From Camelus ferus (lineage: Eukaryota): DNA of 64,000 nt. A program made the translations under genes and the position numbers. This document shows, one piece after another, positions 38,100-52,485 of this stretch; position 1 is the stretch's first letter; each line of letters opens with the position of its first letter. The notes under the pieces are model-generated. The model did no database searches. It was not told where the DNA came from and was given only the letters and a program-made list of their open reading frames with translations. The stretch covers positions 16,184,001 to 16,248,000 of the forward strand of contig NC_045696.1 in assembly GCF_009834535.1 (NCBI RefSeq), in the 5' to 3' direction.

Positions 38100-41000
38100 G
38101 TAACCAAAATAAATTGTTTCTGGGAACTAGCAAAATATCTCAGGAAAAAAACTGTGAAACCTACCAGATTTGACAAAAAGTCCAGAGGCCCCTCATTTGT
38201 GAATGAAAGGATTAAAACCATTAAGGGTTTTCCTCTATTTTATACCAGTGTGAAAACACCTGTCTGTAATTCGCAGGTTTGCCATCTTGTAACTTGGAAC
38301 GAGTGATTTAATTAGAAGGATTCTTTCTCGTCCACTTGCAAATTGGGGGTTAATTGTTCTACTCTTTTACAATTAACATTGTTCTAGCTTTTTGTTAGCC
38401 ATAATTAGAAAAACAAATGGACTAATTGAAGGTTGAGATGAGATTGTGAAATAGGAAGACATCTTTCTCCCAAAGAAGAGAGAGATTGTCAGGATAGACT
38501 ATATGGAGGCTTTGGTGCCATGTCCCTGTTAGGAGGTCATCTGCTTCCTTGTGGAGGACGGAAGGGATGGGAGATGGCTTTGTCTGGGTACCACTATGTA
38601 CGGCACAGAGTCAGAGCCATACAGGAATCTGGATATGCTGAGAAGGGCTGTATCTAATGCTTCCATATCCCCAAACCCTGAGAAACACTGAAAAGGGGCC
38701 GGCATGTAAATCTCCCCCCATTTCCTCTGTTGCTTCTTCAAGACTTCTGTGTTCAACTTGGCATAGGATTATTTATCATTTGCCTTCTTATACTCATATT
38801 AAACTACAAAAATCATTGATGTGCTTTTCCGAAGAAAGGCATATGCGTGAATTTTGCAGTGGACTTTAAAAATGTAGCTCAACTCCTAGCTTTAAAGACC
38901 AGCACAGAGGTGATCCAAAGGTTCCATGGAAGCTTCCCCAGATGTTGGGGGTTTGGTTTGTGTGCTTGTTGCAAATTTTTCTTGCAAAGATGAGCATGCA
39001 TGTGAAATGGTGAGGGAGGTCCACTGTGGAAAAATCAGCTCAACTGAGACCATCTCAAGCAGAAAGAGGTTTCACTCTCTTTAAATTTTTTTTTTTAATC
39101 TGCGGACAGAGATTTTTGTACAATTTAAATTGATGTGCTCTAGATTTCTCAAAATCCAAGGTGGAGAACTGTGAATGTAAGGACCCTGAATCTCCTTGTG
39201 AAAACAAGAGAATTGCTTTTTCTTGGTGGGTGATTAACTTCCCCAGCCACAGGGTTGGAAACCACTCTGCAATTTACTGCTCCAGGAAAAGGTTTTCTGA
39301 ATAAATCCCTTGTGACCTGGAAAGGTTAGGGTGCTCCCCCTAAAGTGACTCATTTACTTCTTTCTTCTTGGCAGGATTATGCCATAGGGCTTTTAAAGGC
39401 TCTTGACAGATCATTCCATCTCATTAGGAGATGGTTTCAGGCACAGGTGTCTGTTACAAGATGCCAGGTTTCTATGTCAAGCATAAAGCTACGGATGGGG
39501 ACACACCGGGGCTGAACACTCATGTTTTAATATACCTCCTGCATGACCTGTGGAGTGGAAAGCTACCCATTCAGACATGATTGGCATCCAGTCAGTCACA
39601 TGGGTGTGGTCGATCCAAAGACACCAAATTTATGAAATTGCATAAAAGAGCCAAGTGAAAAGGACGGTGCAGCTGAGAAGTGGGCACGTGAATTTTGTTT
39701 TATTTTTTTGATTACCTTTTATAGAGTAAGGCCAGGAAATTTCCTTCAAAATTACCTTCATCATTCTGACATCAAAACCCAAGTCACAGGAAGACAAGTC
39801 ATGACATCTTTTGAAATGAATGAATGAACCTTGTCATTGCTAGTCTGAGCCTGCGGTAGAGTCTATTAAATGTTTTCTGGGAAGAGCTCGCCGTTAAAAT
39901 AGCTCCCTGAAGGACCCCAGCACACTGGGTGGGTAGGTCAGTGGATACCACAAAGACTGGGAATGCGTTTCTTCTTGCTTGAGAGATGCTTGTTTTCAGC
40001 TCAGATATCGTGAATGTTATATTTTGCTCCTGGAACTCCTTGTGCAGTTACATTTAACTCTAGATTATTCATTAATTTAATTAACACTTTTGAGCAACCA
40101 AATTGTGCCAGGAGCTGTGCCAAGAGCTAGAGAGCTGTTATGCTCTTGTTCCAAGAAAGGGAAATGGTTAATGTTCCAAAATGTAAATCTTCTATTTTCA
40201 GGTCAAGTGTAATCCATTTTAGTAGGTCTACTCTTAATCCCTTAAGAAACGTCTCTTTGAAATGACTTTTTTTAAATGCAGTGTGATTGTGAAGTGAATT
40301 TAATACAAATTGAAAAGTGCCACATCTGATGCAAATAGATACTTTGTAATTATGGGCTAAACACTCTTTCAGAGACAGTCACGACAATAAAAAAGGATTG
40401 GCTATAATTAGTCCCCCTGGGGCAGATCTTTTCCTTTTATTATCTCTGTTCTTTGCTATAAATTTTAATAATAAGATTAGCCATTCAATGACAATATAAC
40501 CAGACTGCAGTCTTAATACGTAGAATATCTATATTGTGAAATTGGGGGAATTTGGCAGAACAAAAATGTTATTACTAGTTACAGAAGATGTAAAGACTTG
40601 AGAATGGTTGAAATTATATGCATAGAGGTTAAAAACACGCTTCTTAAAATCTCTACTTACTGTCAATGTCCTTATGAGCCGCTGAATTCTTAAGCTTGTT
40701 TTTCTAAATCAAATGAATAATCCTGTCTTAAATGTAGGGATTATAACAATAGAAATAGCAGTTACTTTAAGAGAATATATTTCTATGGAGATACCAGGTA
40801 TTTTTTTCAATCATTTCTGTATGAATGTTTCTGTGTTTTTAATTAAAATTTTAAGAAATTCATCTTTCTCCTCGCATAATGAAATAAAATTCCCTAAACA
40901 GTTGAGGTTCCTTGTTATTCTGCAATCCAGGAGGTAGCTCTAGGAGTAACTAGTTTTAAGCCTTGGAAATTCTGTGCTCTGGCTAAAAATGATAAAGGCA

Positions 41001-42129
41001 ATTATTTCTGTATTCAAATGAAATATGCATGAATCATATACCAAAGGCAGAACTCCTTTTTTTTTTAACTAAAGCAAATGAAAATATAAAAGTACAGAGA
41101 AATGTTATCTATTTTTCTTTCTTAACTAAAATAGCATTTGTTGGTGAAGTGTCGACCTAACTGCCGTTTTATTTGGTATGATTTATCTGCTCCAACATAA
41201 AAACTAATCTGATTTTTATATCTTTCATTTCTAAGCATGATTCTTAGAAATACGTTTATACGAATAAATCAACCAAACAGAACCTTGTAATTCATTTAAT
41301 GAGGGATGGCAGAATGTCTTTCTGAATGTCCTCCTGAATTCTCGTGTCCTGAGGCGCCGGCACTAGGAAGGAAAGGCCGGTGTTTATACGGATGCGCACA
41401 CAGTGTGTATCTGAGTTCACATGGACAGTGATGAGGTCAGCGCTTAGCCTGGGCTGTTAGGGCTCGTTATTCCTCCAGGAGCTTTGTTCCAGGGGTCTGG
41501 GCCATTGTGAAAGGCCAGTGTGCTACCGGGTTCATTGTCAAGCTCTATGGATTTGGGAGTGGGGGATGGGGAGAGTTAGGAATATATTTCTGAATATATT
41601 TCTGAGGCATATAAAGAAATGTTGGTATTAAATGAGATAAGCAACTTTAAACATGTGAACACATTCACCATTTAATTATCCATCTTAGTAGAAGATAAGG
41701 ATGGATTTAGAACGAGAATCCGTGAATGTCACAAAAGCCTAACTTTTTATTAATACCTTTAATCTTTTTCCAGTAATCCCAAGCAGGCTGACCCAGGACC
41801 TGCCTATCTTGCTATTTCTACTCCCGACATCTGAGGCATTAGCTAAAGCATCGCGTGATGCCAAAAACCAAGGACAGTATTTCGGAGATTGAGTAAGCTA
41901 AATCTGGATGATTTTCAGCACAATTAAAAGAGTGGATATTAGTATGTCCTAGAAGAATATTATCTGAGCTTATAATAACCAGAAATCCAGGCGAGGACTT
42001 CTGGAACAGATTCTCGCTGCTAACCATTCTACTGTTCCTCTCCATTTTCAAACTCTGTAGGTTACTTCGTAGAACGAGTCTTTAGCATGGTCCATTTTAG
42101 AGTTTGCTTGAAAGGCGGGCTCACATAGT

Positions 42130-42380
42130 GATCAGGAGAACGGACTGTGGAGCCGGAGTGGGGCTGCTCGTTCCTGCTCTCCCCCTGACCAGCTCTGTAA
42201 CAAAGCTATGTGACCCTTAACCTCCTTTGTGCCTTGTTTGCTTCACCGCTGAAGTGGGGGAAGCAGCTGTACCTCTGTCATGGGGTTAATAGGAAGATTT
42301 GATGGGTTACTATGCAAAAAAGCACCTGAAACACTGTCTCATTCATATAAGCAGTCAATAAGTATTGAATGATTATTGTT
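42130..42380 (+). mobile_element. MIR SINE
   Basis: ggactgtggagccgga...tgtgacccttaacctcctttgtgcctt...tacctctgtcatggggttaataggaagatt...caataagtatt. Confidence 0.7.
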
Positions 42381-43096
42381 TAGAGGACAGGAAAATGAGG
42401 AGGGGATGGAGGCAAGGACTGAGTAGAAGAAATAAATGTGTACTAAGTAGCTGCGATGGGCTCAGCATTATGCTGGGTAACTAACACACATTTCTAATCC
42501 CCGTGTATGCTATGCAAAAGTTTGTTATCTGAATGGCACAAATGAGGAAACAGGCTTCGATATTTTGAGACTCATGTTTGTTTTTAAATTGACTGGCTTT
42601 AACAATTCCAGAGCCAGTTTGGAGCCAATATGTCGCAGCTCACATGCTTGGAGGTGACGGTCCTCTGAGGACAACGTGCCTTGCAGAAACATTTATAGGT
42701 GGCCAGCTACAAAAAAAAAAAAAAAAGAGGAAAAAAATTATGATGACAAACAATCCTTATGTTCATTTGAAGTCTTTTTTCTTATATGAGCTCTTAAAGA
42801 AAAAGTTCCATTTTCTTCAAAACAGCAAAGCTTTTTCAAGAGGGAAAAAAATGAAATAGTACAATGGAGAAAGCACATGCAGCCCATCAGCTATACAGGT
42901 GATCGCACTGGATAAATGCAATTAGCTGCAATCCTTTCTGTCTCTAACCTTGGACGTGTAATTGCAGTAGAATTAGAGGGAGTTTTTTAGGCTTTGGTGT
43001 TGAATCAGGCACACGCATCAAGGGTATGTAATACTCTGATTGTGTAATCCTGCATATAAAATACCCATCACATTCAATGACACTTGGCCTTTGGTT

Positions 43097-43311
43097 TTTT
43101 TTCTTTATTTTTTTTATTGAAGTACAGTCATTTACAATGTGTCAAACTCTAGGGTACAGCAGATTGTCCCAGTCATACATATACATGTATTCATTGTCAT
43201 ATTCTTTTCCATTAATTACAAGATACCAAATGTAGTTCCCTGTGCTATACAGAAGAAATTTGGGGTTTTAATCTGTTTTTTTATATAGTAGTTAAATTTG
43301 CAAATCTCGAA
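43097..43311 (-). mobile_element. Lineage-specific L1 3' tail
   Basis: poly(T) followed by ttgaagtacagtcatttacaatgtgtc; gcctttg occurs on both flanks. Confidence 0.85.
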
Positions 43312-44943
43312 AGCCTTTGATTTCTGACCCCAAAATTACCTTTTCCAAATGAATTTGTTTAAACTTACTATCTTTTACCTATATATTTAATCGATGGAGT
43401 TTGTCAGTTGTTACCTCTCTTACTACTTTTCTCCTGTCAAGATTTAAAAGACCTTTCTCTGATTTGCAAGGTCAACAGGATTTCGCAGTACAAATAGGAG
43501 TTGTAATGATGTGCTGCAGAAAGCTATGTTTCAAGCTGTGATGTCTGCCCTTTTGGGGGTTAGGAAGAAGCACGTGCTTTTAGGATAAAAGAAAGAAATA
43601 GATGAGCTTAGGTTTACTTGCTTTTCACTGTATGTATTTGTTTGTTTTCTTAAGTATAGGAAGGGGGCCTGTGGAAGACATAAAGGAGGCAAGCACAGAG
43701 CACCCTTCGGGAGTCAGGCACTGTGTGTTGTGTGATTTCTGGTAAAGAAGAACCAAATCTGGCCCTTGAGGCTCTCACAGTTGAAGAGGGTGGTCAGAAA
43801 CATACACAATTTAATAGAATATGTGAAGTGCAGTAATGAGGATTTGCATGGCATTTCAAGGGAGCACAGAGAAATCACACCACTTCCACCTGGGGGTCAG
43901 GAAGGTGGCCCCTACATTAAGCAAAAAGAGAAGGGGAGGCACATTCCCTTAAGTATTGGAAAACACACACACCCTCTCTGCAAATAAATTCAGCACCTTC
44001 CAACTTGTTTTCAGGGTACCCAGGACTCAAGTTAATAATAACTAGCTAGACCCAAATGGCCAAATTTCTATTCCTGGTATGAACTTGCATAGGTAATTTT
44101 TGTTGTTTTAACAAAGAAGAAATGTGTATCTTTGGAAATCTTTTTACATGAATTATATAGTAGAATGCATTTAGCAATAGAATTGTTAAAGACAGAGAAA
44201 GGAGACTTTGTCCTTTTTTTATTAGGATGAATGCTTTCAAGTAAGACGAATAAAAATGAAATGAAATTAGAAAAAAAATAGAAGCACTTAAGAAACTTAA
44301 TTGTTGCTGAAAGAATTCTAATCTGATGGCGTAGAAAGAATTTAATTAAACTCTAAAAAAAAATAAATAACACATTGGCCTTTCTCCTATGAAAATGATA
44401 TCTCTTGTTGTTTATCAGCTATTCCTTGACCTGCAAATTAGTAGTGGTTAAATGGTCTATTATTTTTCTCACTTTGGTTATTATATGTTGCTGCTGGTGA
44501 GATTATTTGTGGAGCAATTACTGGTGAGATAACCATTAAGACTGTGCAGATAGAAATGTGGTCTCATATGTGCCCCTGTTCATTTGGGTGGGAAAACGAG
44601 AAGGACCTAACTTAAATCTGACAGATTCAAAATCAGTGCTCCTTCTATAGCAGAATACACTATTCTAAAAGCAAATGTTTAGAAGGACAGTCATCATCAT
44701 ATGTATCAAATGCTAAATGCCCTTATAGAGATGAAAAGTGGCCAATGGGGTAAGGCATTACCTAGGAAGAAGTGGATGGAGAATTGTTTGGAAGGGAGCA
44801 TTGCAAAAAGATGACCCAATAGTTCTTTCACATCATGCAATGAATTAGCAGGAATGGAATTCTGTTAGCTCTGACCCAAAGCTAACAGAAGACACGATAT
44901 TTTGGACAAACCTGTACATTTTTTCATGTTTTTTCCCCTCCAG

Positions 44944-45072
44944 CCCCGTCACGTGTTCAACATGCTAAAGAAATATGTCCGTGCTGAACAGAAAGACAGG
45001 CAGCACACCCTAAAGCATTTTGAACATGTTCGCATGGTGGATCCAAAGAAAGCTGCCCAGATCCGGTCCCAG
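44944..45072 (+). CDS. APP: APP exon 12, 129 nt
   Basis: cccctccag|CCCCGT...TCCCAG|gtaagc. Encodes [43 protein letters not shown]. Confidence 0.99.
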
Positions 45073-45802
45073 GTAAGCAGAGTGCGGTCATCACGCAGCT
45101 TGGAAAAGCTAGTGTTCTTGCTCTTTTCATCTTTAGCTATTCCCAGAGTAGCTATGGTGTTGGACCTCTAAAGTGAGAATTCTTCAGTACCTGGTGAATT
45201 CTGAAGGTTAATGTTAGGACACCGTGTGGTTTGGCACTCTCTGAGTTATGAAAATAACAAAGAATATAAAAATCTTAAGTGTCTGCTGCTACTGATTCTT
45301 AAGGAGCCATTTCACACTCTGATGACTAAAATGAAGAAAACGAAAATTGTGTAAACCGAAACCGCTAAAATCTGGTTCACACTAAACTGAGGACAACCTA
45401 TAAACTCTATTTAGATTGTAATGCTTGGATGTAACGTGAGACTAAATGAAGCTTTGTAGTGCTAAGTGTTACACTTCCCCATTTTTAAAGCTTGACAACT
45501 GGGATCTATTTCTGAAAATCTGAAATTTTACACTTCCTTAAACAGAAGAATTTTTCAAATATCTCTCATGAAATATCCAGTCAAATTAAGTAAGATGTGA
45601 TCCTATCTATTGGAAAATTTGCGAAGACATATATTTAGGGCATCAGAGATTATTTAGGAATTTCAATATAAGGAATCAGAGTTGGACAAAAATTACCTTT
45701 TCAATTGGTTTTATATTGTATGTTTACAAGCATACAATATAATGGGAAGTTTAAAGCAGCTCCAAAGTTAAAGAACAAAAAATGAGAACACAAGAAAAAT
45801 AA

Positions 45803-46051
<249 letters not shown>

Positions 46052-46369
46052 TGAGCTCTTCTTTTGATGCTATGTATATAAACATGTCTTCCTCCTGGAG
46101 GAAGGTACCAGGGAACTGAGTTCGTCTGCATCAGGATCCACCAGTGTTACCTAATACGTGGAAGGAAAGAGTAGATTACCTTTTACAGTGAAATTCTCGA
46201 GGGCAGAACTAGCTTTCATCTTAACTATCACATCAGGTCTTAACTATGCAGACTTACAAAGGCGGGAGAATGTACTTGACTTTTGGTCTGTTTGTGGGAT
46301 AATGAGCAACTTGTTACTGGATTATACTTGTCAACAATCCTCTAATTTAGACAGTCTTCTAAGTATCAC

Positions 46370-46530
46370 CTTATGATGCTTTCGTACTTTACAGTTTACT
46401 AAAAACAACCCTTTCTCCATCTCTTAATTCTTTATTATCACAAGCTTATGAGTGGTATGATAGTCCTATTTTTCAGGTAAAGAAACTCAAGCTTAACAAC
46501 CTTAGAAACTTGCCTATGTCACATATATCC
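46370..46530 (-). mobile_element. MIR SINE fragment
   Basis: tttacagtttactaaaaac...cctatttttcaggtaaagaaactcaagctt...aacttgcctatgtcaca. Confidence 0.65.
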
Positions 46531-47684
46531 CGGGGAGCACAGGACTCTCCATAATGAGTCCTGCCCTTTGTTAACTGGCTTGGAGGTAGACGTGGGTTAT
46601 CTGAAATCAGAACACCCAGGATGGTGTAGATGGGTGTGCTGAGGCAAGAATTCCTGCTTTGAAGTGCCCAAAATACCACTTGGCCTGATTTTTACATTTC
46701 ATGCCAATACCATTCTGCTCTTTTTTTCCGAACTTAGTAATGCCTTGCAAGTGTTGGTTGTATTACTATCAAGTATTTGGCACTTATCAGATGATAATGG
46801 TCTGTTCAGTATTGAGTATTAGTGTATGGAATCATTTCTATAAGAAATGAATGTTCTTGTTAGATGTTTATCGGATAGATATTTGTAAGGAAACTTTAAA
46901 AGACTGTGTATTAAATAAGTATAAGAAAGTTCTCCAATAAGTTGTAGAAGAGACAAAATCAAAGAAATCATCACATTATTAGGAACTGAAGCTCACATCT
47001 TCTAGCAGAATGTGTTTTTTGCCTTATAGCCATCTTAACAAGCTTATTTTCATAAGCAACTTCAACTGAGGTGTTGCCAGTAATACGAAACTGTAGAGGA
47101 GCACGCCATTGCCAAGGACTAGAATATTTCACTCTCACCCAGTAATTACATTCGACTCTAATTAAATTATCAGAACTTTTTATTGAGCAAAATACTGCTG
47201 AAAACAGTGGCCACTAATGAGTCACAGTTCCACAGAACAGATGGTGATTCAGATATCCTGAGTATTACAAAATGCCCCAGAATGGGGCCACGCACAAAAC
47301 ATCAAATCTCAGTGACAGGGAGACTATTCAGATAATTAGAGTCACAGTTTTTTCTGTAGAAAAACTATTCAGTCGAATTAAGAGCATGTTACTTTAAAAA
47401 ATAGGTTGTCATTCTAAATATACTGAACACCAAATCCTGAAAGATAATTTTTACAATTTTTATTTTTTTGCCTCCCTTTTTAAATGGCTGTTTCCTGGGG
47501 GAAGAGAAGCTTGCATAAATGAACTTCAATTAAATAGGTCTGTGGAGCATTTGGGACCCTAACATCAAAGCAAAAGAAGAGCACCCCCTAGGGAGAATGG
47601 CTTTTCTGGGCTGAGTTTAGTTGTCTTACATAGTTCTTCATTTGAAGGAACATTTTAAAATAATTTACTTTTAAAGTAGGAATC

Positions 47685-48082
47685 CAGATGAAACAAGATT
47701 GGCCATGGGTGCTAATTGTTTAAGCTGAGTGCTGGGGGGTTTTTTTTTGTTTTTTTGTTTTTTTGTTCTAATTGAAGTACAGTCAGTTACAATGTGTCAG
47801 TTTCTGGTGTACAGCAGTGTCCCAGTCATGCATATACATACATATATTCATTTTTGTTTAAGCTGAGTGGAAGTTCTCTGTGGTATCTTCTACTTTTTTT
47901 TAAGCTTCATTTATTTATTAAGTTTTTAAATTGAAGTATAATCAGTTTACAATGCTGTGTCAATTTCTGGTGTACAACATAATATTTCAGTCCTACATAT
48001 ACATACATATATTACTTTCCATATTCTTTTTCAATCCTCTTTACTTTTTCATACACTTGAAATTTTCCATAATAGAAGTTGT
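47685..48082 (+). mobile_element. Old L1 (L1MD/ME-type) 3' end split by two younger antisense L1 tails (about 47732-47853 and 47900-48033)
   Basis: Host pieces gatgaaacaagattggccatg...aagctgagtg and ttgaaattttccataata. First insert has TSD ttgtttaagctgagtg (47716-47731, 47854-47869); second is flanked by tcttctactttt / tctttactttt. Confidence 0.8.
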
Positions 48083-48719
48083 TGTTTTCTTAGCTTCCTT
48101 TCTATAGAGGCTCTTCACAGACTTCTTCCAGTGTGTATCTGGTACATTTAATGGTTTCTGATGAAATGCTTTGTCATCAGTCTGATTTGCAACATCTGCC
48201 TATTCTGTTTGTAATCAGACTTTAGATTTGGAGTTAGTTCAGTGTCAATAAGAAGGATACTAAAATTCAGAGCTGCTGGTAAAAGGACAAGATCCAAAAG
48301 AACCTACAGATGTATGTTTTTTATATGAAAGTTTGTGCTTATAAATGCAGGCAACTAGGGTATGTTTAATGCAGTAAACATCTGGAGAGAAATACAATAA
48401 TTTTGTTAAATAAGGGTAATAGTTGTTCAGGAGAGGAACGGTTTTCACTAGTCCCAAGGAACTGCCAGGATCTTTCATGACACGGGTCTGCTTGCTTCCG
48501 TTGATTTATGCTCCCACGAGGGTAGAATTCTCTGTTATGGGTAAAAACCATTAAGAACCTAGCCACACCAGAAAGAAAAGGGTGAATGTGGGAATTGGCA
48601 TCAAATCTGTTAAGAACCGTGAAGTGTGACTGACTAGAGCCTAGTGGGGCTTTCCTGTAATTCACACAAATGCAGCATATGATCTAGTGACAACTGGTGA
48701 ATTCAGCAACAGCGCCCCC

Positions 48720-48850
48720 GAGTTACAGCTGAAGAAACTGAACCTTAGATAGAGGTCACTAACTTGCCCTTAACAGACAGTGAAGTGATGAAAGTGGAAT
48801 TGGAGCCAGGGTCTGCACGAGTCCAAAATTCATGCTCTCTCTGCTACCCA
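48720..48850 (-). mobile_element. MIR SINE fragment
   Basis: ttacagctgaagaaactgaaccttagatagagg...taacttgccc...ttggagccagggtctg. Confidence 0.65.
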
Positions 48851-51699
48851 TTCTCCTCTCCCAGGCAGAATTTTCTTCTACTGAACCTCAGGGTCTAAAG
48901 CACCATGTATCCACCTCCAGTACTGTACTCTGCTTTGTATTCATTGTTTGTTTACATGTCCACCACCACCCCCTTTCCTGTGAGCTTTTCCAAAACATGT
49001 CATGGTCATGCTTGTATCTTCGGGATCCAACAGAGAACCTGGTACTCTGTAGGTGTCAGTGAGCATAGACTAGGTTGAAGCGAATCCCCAGGCTACACGG
49101 TAGATGCTCCTTAGGTTAGGTTGATCAGGTGGACTCCTCCAGAACCCTGAAGACCCACCCTGAGCACCCTCCGCAGCACCTAGCGTAGCGTTGCACAGAA
49201 CAGATCTCTTTCCTCAGTCACAGCATTCTCCAAAGCTGTAATTGATCAAGCCAGCAAAGTGGGTGCAGTTGGCAAAGGTATCAAAATAAAGAAGAAAGCA
49301 GAGGTCTCAGGTCCTAATGAATTACATGTTACACTGTTGTCCTCTATGGTTTGCATGCCCCTCTGCTATTTGATGATCTGCCCAATTCAGATACCTTGAC
49401 ACCTGACTAATTATGTATATTGTCTGGTTTGACTCTCCCATCAAGCGGCATCTGAGGCTGTTTGTTTGATGTGCTCCACCAAGAAATATGAATTATCAAA
49501 ACTACTCTATTAGTTTTATAAAAGTTTGTCTTTTATTACTTTGTAATGATTTTTCAGTTCAGTTTGACTTATTATTATGTCCAGGTTCCTAGGCACAGTC
49601 ATTTATTACTTAATGTTTTCCTTTAAAAAAAAAAAAGTGTTTGCCTACAAATTTTCTGCAAAGAAAGGCTTAAGGCGTTGTTTGTAGAGGTGGGAAAAAA
49701 AATCCTCTTATTCATTTTAAATAGCTGTTTAGGATTTTATTTTTTTCCATTCAGCAAATGATAGAATCATTAATTTAAGGAAAATATGCCTCTTTTTCAA
49801 TGTCCGTATGTGTTTTACTCATCTTCTAACCCTTCAAAAAGGCAGAATGCCTTCATCTCTACTATTGTTCCTTCGCACCTTTGCTTTGGCAATATGCTGT
49901 TTAAAATGATTGGGGGTTTTTTTACCCTTTGTAATCTTTCTTAAATCTCTGCTAAAAGGATTCTAGTCTTCTGTCAGCACTGGGGTTATTTATCAAAGTG
50001 TTTCATTTTGCAGCTACCTCAAGGCTAAAAATGGCAACTCTCAACTCGGAGACGGCTGTTTCGCAGAATGCTATAATAACCAATTTCTGAGAAAGGCATA
50101 CTTGTTTCATACCCTGGGGGAGCAGCTCTTTTAGCATTCAGAAAATTAGTCCAAACATGAATTATTATAAACCAGATGTTGGAAGGGTCTCTGGCTGAGC
50201 AAATCCAGTGAATGGGGTGGGACTGAAAAATGTGTCCAGAGATCAAAAAACTCAAGTTAATGAAAGAATGCTTATAATTTCTTATTACAATTTGACTGTG
50301 TCCTCTTGATAAAATCTTCTCCTCTTTGGGGAAAATATAGCATGTTTATTTCAAGGACAGTGTTTCCATTCTCTGTTCCTAATAAACCTATTAATTTTGG
50401 GATTTAATGAATCCAACGTTGTCTAGGTTTAAAATAGAATATTTGTAGCGCTTGCCAGACCAAAAACAAAAAATGGAACATCCATTACTACTGAGAATTT
50501 TAAGTATCTTGTGTATAATTGTTAGTCAAGGAAGGGCATCAGGGAGAAAAAAATTGGAAAAGTAAATAAAATGAGAGAACTGTTAACTTTTTCCGTTCTT
50601 ATTGTTTTTCATAAGAATGACTTAAGTATATGTAGATTTTATATTTTACAGCTGATTTAAGTATTTGGAAATAAGGACATGTATTTGTATCATAAATTTC
50701 CAAAATCATGTTCTTCCTTTAATTTTACAATAGTCTTAGAGCTCCTTATTCACATTTTCTCCAATATTATTACCTGAATTACAGGTATGACCAGGGTTTA
50801 TTTGCCTACCTCTAAGTGTGTATCTTTGTCACTCTCTTAGCAAGACAGTTACTCTTCCAAAATAGAACCACTCATTTTATAAACAAGAAAATGAAAAACG
50901 TTGTCAAGTGAACCTACGTATAAGTGTACTAATCCTCAAAATGGGAAAGTATACTATAATGATAGCACCCTGGTTTTCTGACGCTTTGACCGCCATGTTG
51001 AAATGTCTTAAAATAGCAAAATATAGGACACGTCAATGCCAGTGAGTTCATACCTTAGACCCAACTGGTCTGTAAAAGCCCTTAAGCATTTAACTCAACC
51101 ATAGTGGTTAGTTTAGTGCTTTGTAGACATTTAGCTCTCTATACCTCTTTTGAATATGCTATGTAAGTTACCTTTTTCTTAGGAGTTTAATCACATATAT
51201 ATAAATCTAATGTTTGTGTCATTCAGATGATCTACAGAAGTCATTGATAAGGTCCTTTAAAAGCTGACATATGTAACTTGACATATGGAAATTATTGACG
51301 TGGAAGTTATTCAGGAAAACAACATCAATTTCACTGAATAATTTTTATAATATTCCCCTCTGGCAAACAGCTATTTTCTGTATTTCTAATCCATAATTTT
51401 AAAGGGGAAGCCAATGCTTTAGCAATATTAAAAAAGAATGTACTTCCTAGGAAGAATGAATGTCAAAAGGTTTAATTTAAAACAAATAAACATAATCTCT
51501 GCTGTTCTAGCAGATGGATTATAGACACTAATATGTATAATTCAAGATGGTACATTGATCTTGTTTCTTGCAATCCAGGTGGACACTGGCAGTCCTTAGA
51601 TGACTTAAATACAAACCACATTGTTCACCTCATGCCATTGCACTGGCTTACTCTGGATTATGTTTTCGGTCTGAATAAATAAGTGGTGTCTATTAAAAA

Positions 51700-52485
51700 T
51701 CCTTTGCCTAGTTTTGAATTGGGCTGTTTGCCTTTTTATTATGGAGTTGTAAAAGTCCTTTATAGATTCTGGATACTAAGCTATCAAATATATGATTTGA
51801 AAATATTATCTCCCTTTCTGTAGGTTTTCTTTCTACTTTCTTGATATCCTCTGAACATGCAAAATTGTAAAACTTTGGTGAAGTCTGTTTTATCAATTTT
51901 TTGGTTACTGTTGGTTGTGCTTTAGTATTATATCTATGATCCATTGCCAGTCCAAGGTCAAAATATTTATATCTATGTTTTTTTCTAAGAGTTTTCTAGT
52001 TTAGCTCTTACAGTTAGATCTTTGATTCATTTTGAGTTAACTTTTATATAAGGTGAAGTAAGGATCCAACTTCATTCTTTTGCATGTGGATTTCCAGTAT
52101 CCCAGCACCATTTGCTGAAAAAACTATTCTTTCTGCCTTGAATGGTCTTGAAACCCTTGTAAAATATCAGTTGACCAGAGATATGGGTTTTATTTCTTGC
52201 TGTCTGTTCTATCCCTTTGATCTGTATGTCCATCCTTATTACAGCCTCCCACCATTTGATTAGTGTAGCTCTGTAGAAAGTTTTGGAATCAGGAAATGTG
52301 AGTCTTCCACCTTTGTTCTTTTTCGAGATTGTTTTGCCTATTCAGAGTCCCTTGCTTTTCCATATGAATTTTAAAGTCTTTTTTCCGCGTATCTGCAAAA
52401 AAAAAAAAAAGATAGTTGAAATTTTAATAGGGATTTCATTGAGTCTATAGACCAATTCCAGGAGTATTCCTATTGTAATTTATTA
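51700..52485 (-). mobile_element. L1 ORF2 internal fragment
   Basis: ORF 51708-51944(-) ERKPTEREIIFSNHIFDSLVSRIYKGLLQLHNKKANSPI is L1 ORF2p-like. Typical antisense motif ttcattcttttgcatgtggatttccagtatcccagcaccatttgctgaa. Confidence 0.9.
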
